DNA from: Planctomycetota bacterium
Lineage (GTDB): Bacteria; Planctomycetota; UBA1135; UBA2386
Assembly (NCBI GenBank): GCA_046290465.1
Contig: JBKAGP010000001.1
Span: 5,824,001-5,888,000, forward strand
Length of the DNA stretch: 64,000 nt
Reading direction: 5' to 3'
Position 1 is the first letter of the stretch. Every line of letters starts with the position of its first letter. The translations under genes were made by a program, and so were the position numbers. Below, in pieces: positions 58,491 to 64,000 of the stretch. The notes beneath the pieces are model-generated. The model made no database searches. It saw only the letters and a list, made by a program, of their open reading frames with translations, and was not told where the DNA came from.

Positions 58491-59267
58491 CTACCGGTCG
58501 AACATCTCGTCGAACCAGTAGACGTCGCCGTCGCTGCGCCAGACCGTGCCGCGGTCGCCGTCGCCGGGCGCGATCCGCTGCAGGCCCGCGGTCGGCAGGC
58601 CGCCGAGCACCAGGCCGCCGACGCCGCTGCGCGCGACCACGTCGCCGATGCCCTTCAGGTGCGACTGGCCGACGAGCACCACCGGCAGGCGGTCTTTGTG
58701 CCGGCGGCACGCCGCCGCGACGGTGCGGGCGATGTATTCGTCGCGGCGTGCGAGCGGCAGCCGCGGGGTCGGTTCGAGCGCGAACACGGGGATGCGGTGC
58801 TGCCGGGCGAACGTGAGCAGCGAACGGAAGAACCACGGGTCGAGCTCCGGGTCGTCGAGCCACGAGCCGCTCCAGCGGGTGCGCATGCCCGAGCGCAGCG
58901 CGCGCATGTCGATCCGTCCCTCCAGGTAGTCGTCGACCATCGGCTGGTCGCGCACGCCGATCGCCTCGAGCCCGAGCAGGAGGTCGGCGCCGTCGCGCAC
59001 CAGTTGGTCGAGCAGTTCGGTCTGCAGCGCGTGCAGCCGCGAGTGGCGGTGGTGGTCGCCGAGCCACAGCGCACCGGCCGCGCGCGCGCGGCGCAGCAGC
59101 GCGTGGCGGTCGACCGCCTCGACCAGCCGTTGGCCGGCGGCGTCGGCGAAGCTCTGCCGGTAATCGCGGAACGCCGCACCCGGACCGTCCGGCCAGTCGA
59201 ACCGCGTGGGCGAGCAGGCGCCGACGAACGTCAGCGTCGTGATGACGGCGAGCTTCGATGCAGGCAT
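58491..59267 (-). CDS. ChaN-family lipoprotein
   Basis: Lipobox VGAC, LWLGDHH....H..Q, LGLE, Q..VD.YL.G, RD..IA and LVG..H. Confidence 0.72.
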   Translation of the reverse strand: MPASKLAVITTLTFVGACSPTRFDWPDGPGAAFRDYRQSFADAAGQRLVEAVDRHALLRRARAAGALWLGDHHRHSRLHALQTELLDQLVRDGADLLLGLEAIGVRDQPMVDDYLEGRIDMRALRSGMRTRWSGSWLDDPELDPWFFRSLLTFARQHRIPVFALEPTPRLPLARRDEYIARTVAAACRRHKDRLPVVLVGQSHLKGIGDVVARSGVGGLVLGGLPTAGLQRIAPGDGDRGTVWRSDGDVYWFDEMFDR

Positions 59268-59289
59268 GATGCCGCTGGCAAGGATCCCG

Positions 59290-59991
59290 ATGACGAACAT
59301 GAAGCGCAAGGTAGGTGTCGTTCTCTCAGGCTGTGGCTTCCTCGACGGAGCCGAAATCCGCGAAGCCGTGCTGACGCTGCTGGCGCTCGACAGCCACGAC
59401 CTGGAGGCGGTCTGCGTGGCGCCCGACCGGGACCAGCTGCACGTGGTCGACCACCTGCGCGGTGAGCCGGTCTCTGACGAGGTGCGCAACGTGCGCGTCG
59501 AGGCGGCTCGGATCGCGCGCGGGGACGTGCTCGATCTGGCCGAGGTGCACGCCGACGACCTCGACGCGATCGTGCTGCCGGGCGGCTTCGGCATGGCCAA
59601 GAACTGCAGCGACTTCGCCAGCAAGGGCGCGGAGGCGACCGTCGACCCAGAACTCGCCGGCCTGCTGCGCGCGATGCACGCCGCCGGCAAGCCGATCGGC
59701 GCGATCTGCATCGCTCCCGCCGTGGTTGCCGCGGTGCTCGGTGAGGCGGCCCACCCGGTGTTGACGATCGGCAACGACGCCGGCACCGCGGCGGCGCTCG
59801 AAGCGATGGGGGCGCACCACCACGACACGCCGGTCGACACGCCGGTGATCGACCAGCAGAACCGCATCGTCAGCGTCGCGGCCTACATGTACGACGCGCG
59901 CCTGAAGGACGTGTCCGCCGGCATCCACAAGCTGGTGCACAGCCTCGTGCAGCTGCTCGACGGCACCACCGCGGTGAGGACCTGCCGATGA
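59290..59991 (+). CDS. elbB: ElbB / DJ-1-family glyoxalase
   Basis: VVLSGCGFLDGAEI.EAV, EAARIARG, PGGFG.AKN and GAICIAP. Confidence 0.92.
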   Translation: MTNMKRKVGVVLSGCGFLDGAEIREAVLTLLALDSHDLEAVCVAPDRDQLHVVDHLRGEPVSDEVRNVRVEAARIARGDVLDLAEVHADDLDAIVLPGGFGMAKNCSDFASKGAEATVDPELAGLLRAMHAAGKPIGAICIAPAVVAAVLGEAAHPVLTIGNDAGTAAALEAMGAHHHDTPVDTPVIDQQNRIVSVAAYMYDARLKDVSAGIHKLVHSLVQLLDGTTAVRTCR

Positions 59992-60767
59992 AGACGTTCT
60001 CGTTGAAGGGGCGTCGCTGCCTGGTTACCGGCGGTGGTTCGGGCATCGGCGAGGGCATCGCGCACCGGCTGGCCGCCGCCGGCGCGGCCGTGGCGGTGGT
60101 CGGCCGCCGCCGCAAGAACCTCAACCGGGTCGTCAAGGACCTGCAGGCGAACAAGGCGACCGCGGTCGCCGTGACCGGCGACGTCACCGACGAGGCCGGC
60201 ATCCGTCGCGCCGTCGACCGCGCCGCCAAGGCGCTCGGCGGCCTCGACGTGCTGGTCAACAACGCCGGCGTCGGCGGGCCGAACGCGTGTGCGCTCGACG
60301 GCCCAGAGCGCTGGGACGAGGTCGTGCGGCCGAACCTCGACGGCGCGTTCTTCACGTCGCGGGCGGCGCTGAAGCACCTTCCCGACGGCGGCCGCATCGT
60401 CAACATCAGCTCGGTGCTCGGTCGCTTCGGCGTGCCGGGCTACACGGCCTACTGCGCCAGCAAGCACGGCGTCATCGGCCTGACCAAGGCGCTGGCGCTC
60501 GAGCTCGCGCCGCGCGAGATCACCGTCAACGCGATCTGCCCCGGCTGGGTCGATACCGACATGGCGACCGACGGCCTGCAGCTGATGGCCGACGGCATGG
60601 GCATCGAGCTGGACGAGGCGCGGCGCCAGGCGATGGCGATGGTGCCACTGGGGCGCATCCTGCAGCCGGACGAGATCGGCGACCTGGTCATCTACCTCGC
60701 GTCGAAGGCGGCGCGCGGCATGACCGGCCAGGCGATCAGCCACTGCGGCGGCCAGGTCATGTGGTAG
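59988..60767 (+). CDS. Short-chain dehydrogenase/reductase
   Basis: TGGGSGIG, NNAG, NISS, YCASK and PGWVDT. Confidence 0.95.
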   Translation: MKTFSLKGRRCLVTGGGSGIGEGIAHRLAAAGAAVAVVGRRRKNLNRVVKDLQANKATAVAVTGDVTDEAGIRRAVDRAAKALGGLDVLVNNAGVGGPNACALDGPERWDEVVRPNLDGAFFTSRAALKHLPDGGRIVNISSVLGRFGVPGYTAYCASKHGVIGLTKALALELAPREITVNAICPGWVDTDMATDGLQLMADGMGIELDEARRQAMAMVPLGRILQPDEIGDLVIYLASKAARGMTGQAISHCGGQVMW

Positions 60768-60802
60768 CGCGAGCTGCCCGAATCGAGACTGCGACGATGG
60801 CA

Positions 60803-60832
60803 TCGGCCGAACGCCGCCGAGGCGTTCGCCGA
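60803..60832 (+). terminator. Hairpin after the SDR gene
   Basis: TCGGC-C-GAACGCC loop GGCGTTC-GCCGA. Confidence 0.4.
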
Positions 60833-60898
60833 CCGGTCGGCCTCTGATTCGCTGCAGGGTAGCCTTGCTCGCCGGGCTCCTGCCTCGGCACCAAGCCC

Positions 60899-61873
60899 AT
60901 GCGCCCTGCCGAGATCCTCTGCCTCGCCGCGTTCGCCGCCCTCGCCGGCTGTGCGTCGACGCCACCGTCCGTCGCGGACGAGTGGCGCGCCGACCAGCGT
61001 GCGCGGCTGTTGCGCGAGCACCGTGCCCGGTCGCTCGACGACGCGCTCATGGAGGTGATCGCGCGGGCCCCCTCTCCCTCCCGTCGTCCTGCGAGCCAGC
61101 AGGACCCCGAGCCCAAGAAGCTCGACCAACGCCTGCCGCAGCGGCAGGGGCACGGTCGGCGGTCGTTCCGCCACACGTGGCAGCCGCTGCAGGCGACGGT
61201 CGACGTGGGCGCGGGCAACGTCATGGCGCGCGCGAACGGAACCCGTCTGAATGACCGCACCGACGCGGTGTTCGCGCGCGCCCGGATCGACACCGGTACC
61301 GGCGCCGCCCTGCATGCCGAGTACTGGGGCAGCGATCCCGAGCTGTTCCGCGGCTCGATGATCAACGACGGCGTCGCGCCCCGCATGGCCGACGCCGAAC
61401 TGTCGGGGTTCGACGTGTTCCCGCACGTCCGCTTCGACTGGCAGCCGGCCGAGCACTGGACCGTGCCGGTGCGGGTCGGCGCGTTCCTCGACTGGCAGCA
61501 GCTCGACCACCAGGCGGCGCGCGTCGAGCGCGAGTGGCTGTCGGTGGGGCCGAGGCTGGTGCTGGAGCCGACCTACCATGTGCTGCACGACGAACGCGCT
61601 TCGCTGCAGCTGTTCGGCCGCGTCGCCGGCGACGTCGGCCCGGCGTGGTTCGCCGAGGAGTTCGTCAACGGCGACGACCGCGACGTGACCGCGCGGTGGG
61701 CCGGCGAGGTCGGCTGTGGCGTGCGCGGCGTCTTCGGCGCGATGCACGCCGAGGTCGGCTACCGGCTGCAGCACGTGACGTTCGGCAGCAGCCAGGGCGA
61801 TCTGTTCGGCTCGCCCTCGCGGACCGAGCTGCAGCGCCAGCAGCTGTTCGTCGGCTTCGGCCTGACCTACTGA
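60899..61873 (+). CDS. Putative outer membrane beta-barrel with a lipoprotein-type signal
   Basis: LAGC lipobox, alternating amphipathic strands and C-terminal LFVGFGLTY. Confidence 0.65.
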   Translation: MRPAEILCLAAFAALAGCASTPPSVADEWRADQRARLLREHRARSLDDALMEVIARAPSPSRRPASQQDPEPKKLDQRLPQRQGHGRRSFRHTWQPLQATVDVGAGNVMARANGTRLNDRTDAVFARARIDTGTGAALHAEYWGSDPELFRGSMINDGVAPRMADAELSGFDVFPHVRFDWQPAEHWTVPVRVGAFLDWQQLDHQAARVEREWLSVGPRLVLEPTYHVLHDERASLQLFGRVAGDVGPAWFAEEFVNGDDRDVTARWAGEVGCGVRGVFGAMHAEVGYRLQHVTFGSSQGDLFGSPSRTELQRQQLFVGFGLTY

Positions 61874-61893
61874 GCGCGGCGTCGGTGGTGGAC

Positions 61894-61951
61894 GGGCGCC
61901 GGCTCGATCTGGCCGGCGCCCGGTTCCAGCAGCTGCGGCGACCGCAGCTGC
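61894..61951. terminator. Two adjacent perfect hairpins between convergent genes
   Basis: GGGCGCCGGC-8nt-GCCGGCGCCC (61894-61921) and GCAGCTGCGG-CGA-CCGCAGCTGC (61929-61951). Confidence 0.55.
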
Positions 61952-61958
61952 GGCCAAC

Positions 61959-64000
61959 CTAGTTGCGGATCAGCGCGCGGCCGCCGTCCGACGAGACGAA
62001 GCCGAGCGCGTTGGCCGCGGGATCCCACAGGTACCACTGGTGGAAGATCTCGAGGCCGAGCAGCGAGCCCTGGTTGGGCACGGTGATCGGACGCTGCGCG
62101 ACGCCGGCGACGTTGGTCGTCGTCGCCTCGAGCACCTCGGCCGAGACCAGCAGGTCACAGTTGGGCGCGCCAGGGATCGCGAGCGGCAGCGGCTGGCCCT
62201 GCGAGAACTGGTCGCTGAGGCCGGACGCCAGCACCGCGAACGTCGACGGCGGGGCGCTGACGACGCTCGGCTGGTAGGTCACGCCGAGCTGCGGGGTGCC
62301 GATCACGCCCATCTTCGGGATCACGAAGTTGTTGGCGTTCTGGCAGGTGACGATCCACGACGGCCGCTGGATCAGGCCCGACTGGCTCCAGTTCGGCGTG
62401 CCGTTGGCGGGGTCGCGCCAGAAGCCGACGCCGGTGGCGCCGCTGGTCAGCGTGTTGAGGTAGACGTTGTTGCTCGACGTGTTGAAGCCGAGGTAGTAGG
62501 TGCCGGTGACCAGCACCGGCTGCGCGAACGTCGCCGTGTAGAAGCCGGGCGTCGCGCTGACCACGACGGTCGTGTTGGCGACCGGGGTGGCGGCGGGCTC
62601 GCCGTTGTCGTCAAGGTAGATGCTGGCCGGGACCGTGACGTTGCCGCCAGTGGTGCCGGTGTAGATCTGGAAGCCGGTGACCTCGTAGGTCGCCTGGTTC
62701 ACCACCTGGTAGCAGTAGTCGTTGTCGCGGAGCGTGTTCGACAGCGTGCCGCCCGAGCCGTTGCGCACCGGGCAGTTGACCGCCGGCGCCGGGATCGAGC
62801 TCTCGCAGCCGGCGCCGAACGGCGCGAACGCCGGGACCTCCGGGTAGGGGATGCCCTTCTGGATCGAGGCGGCCTCGAGCTCCGAGTAGTGCGGCGTGCC
62901 GTTGAGCAGGTTGCCGTCGTCGTCGTCGGCGATGAACACCTCGAGCACCGCGTTCTCGCGGGTGGTGGCGTCGGCGACGATCGAGCCGAGCACGACGTCC
63001 TCCGAGATCTGGATCGCGGCGGCGGTGCCGACCGACGAGCGCAGCGCCTCGCGGAAGCGCCAGGCCCAGCCCATCCAGACCTCGCCGGCGCCGTGCGGCG
63101 ACACGCCCGACGTGTACGGCCAGACGCGGTTGTTGTTGCCGTTGCGGATGCCCTGGCCGGGGCTCTGGAAGCCGCTGCCGAGGATCGGGCTGTCGACCTG
63201 GTACATCCCGATGATGTCGCCCCAGCCCTCGCTCAGGCCTTCGGCGACCGAGTTCGCGATGCCGCCGTAGCGGTCGTCGAGGCCGTGGCCCCACTCGTGC
63301 GCGACGACCGTCGAGAACGCGGTGTTCGAGCAGCCGCCGCCGGCCTGGTAGTAGTTGGTGTTGTTGCCGCCGTAGGTGGCGTTGCAGGTGTTGTTGATGT
63401 TGACGTTGATGCCGACGTTGTCGGCGGTGTTGAGCTGCGACGTGTTGCCGAGGATCGAACGCGCCCACTCGTTGCTGCGGTCGGTCCAGTAGCTCGCCGT
63501 GGTGTGCGCGGCCTGCGCCGTCGACGCCGTCGACGACAGCAGCTGGATCGTCGCGTTGATACCCGGCTGCACCGTGACGCTGCCGCTCGGGGCGCTGCTG
63601 CCGCTGACCTGCGCGTGGTGGCGGCCGTTGAGGCCGTTGATCGTGATCGTCACCGGCGCGTTGATGTCGATGACGAACTCACCGTTGTCGTCGGTCTCGA
63701 CCGCGCCGACGCCGGGCACCGACAGCTCGAGGCCGGGGAACGGGATGTTCTGCAGGCCGCTGAACGCGTCCGCGCCGGTGCGCGTCCACGCCATCACGGT
63801 GACCGTCGTCGGGATCGGCGCGGCCGGGTTCTCGACGACGCTCGGCGCCTCGATCAGCGTGACGCTCGGGCCGTCGACCTCGGGTCGGACCGGCTGGTAG
63901 CTGCAGCTGGACAGGCCGCAGTCGTGCTTGTCGTTCTGGAAGTGCAGCACGCGGCCGGTCTGCGCGTCGACGTAGTAGCGACCGAACTTGCCGGTGTCGC
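61959..64000 (-). CDS. Zinc metallopeptidase (gluzincin, M4/M36-like), probably secreted, N-terminus outside the window
   Basis: VVAHEWGH and the third-ligand segment GLSEGWGD. PepSY-like YYVDAQTGRVL at the window edge. Confidence 0.82.
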   Translation of the reverse strand, partial: DTGKFGRYYVDAQTGRVLHFQNDKHDCGLSSCSYQPVRPEVDGPSVTLIEAPSVVENPAAPIPTTVTVMAWTRTGADAFSGLQNIPFPGLELSVPGVGAVETDDNGEFVIDINAPVTITINGLNGRHHAQVSGSSAPSGSVTVQPGINATIQLLSSTASTAQAAHTTASYWTDRSNEWARSILGNTSQLNTADNVGINVNINNTCNATYGGNNTNYYQAGGGCSNTAFSTVVAHEWGHGLDDRYGGIANSVAEGLSEGWGDIIGMYQVDSPILGSGFQSPGQGIRNGNNNRVWPYTSGVSPHGAGEVWMGWAWRFREALRSSVGTAAAIQISEDVVLGSIVADATTRENAVLEVFIADDDDGNLLNGTPHYSELEAASIQKGIPYPEVPAFAPFGAGCESSIPAPAVNCPVRNGSGGTLSNTLRDNDYCYQVVNQATYEVTGFQIYTGTTGGNVTVPASIYLDDNGEPAATPVANTTVVVSATPGFYTATFAQPVLVTGTYYLGFNTSSNNVYLNTLTSGATGVGFWRDPANGTPNWSQSGLIQRPSWIVTCQNANNFVIPKMGVIGTPQLGVTYQPSVVSAPPSTFAVLASGLSDQFSQGQPLPLAIPGAPNCDLLVSAEVLEATTTNVAGVAQRPITVPNQGSLLGLEIFHQWYLWDPAANALGFVSSDGGRALIRN

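Noticed and set aside
59988..60767. Type II polyketide ketoreductase / biosynthetic cluster
   Set aside because: The YCASKHGVIG motif resembles such enzymes, but no KS, CLF or ACP genes are nearby.

Overview
High-GC bacterial chromosomal segment with about 52 tightly packed genes. Gene style suggests Planctomycetota, which is an inference only. No rRNA, tRNA, CRISPR array or transposase is visible. Housekeeping genes: nagA, 5-formyl-THF cyclo-ligase, a stand-alone fusA, mutM, mce/pccB/accC/BCCP, a MacAB-TolC-type exporter, a coaB-ftsK-dnaB-bamA-nudix-cysQ run, sthA and elbB. Most unusual items: (1) a tandem FtsK paralogue that keeps the membrane and gamma domains but has a long acidic tract in place of the motor, followed by phased DnaA-box-like sites before dnaB; (2) a cluster of PTS enzyme I, a four-repeat Myb-like protein, a STAS anti-anti-sigma factor, a PAS kinase, a receiver protein and a degenerate HD protein; (3) a ~750 bp hairpin-dense non-coding region; (4) an exported tandem beta-carbonic anhydrase with a His-rich tract; (5) REP-like elements, namely 83-bp tandem units and an 89-bp GTAG-ended palindrome; (6) an in-frame TGA followed by a stem-loop; (7) a PTPS-III-type pterin enzyme; (8) a C-terminal domain shared by two unrelated exported proteins. 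All calls come from motif recognition by eye, and several start codons are estimates.
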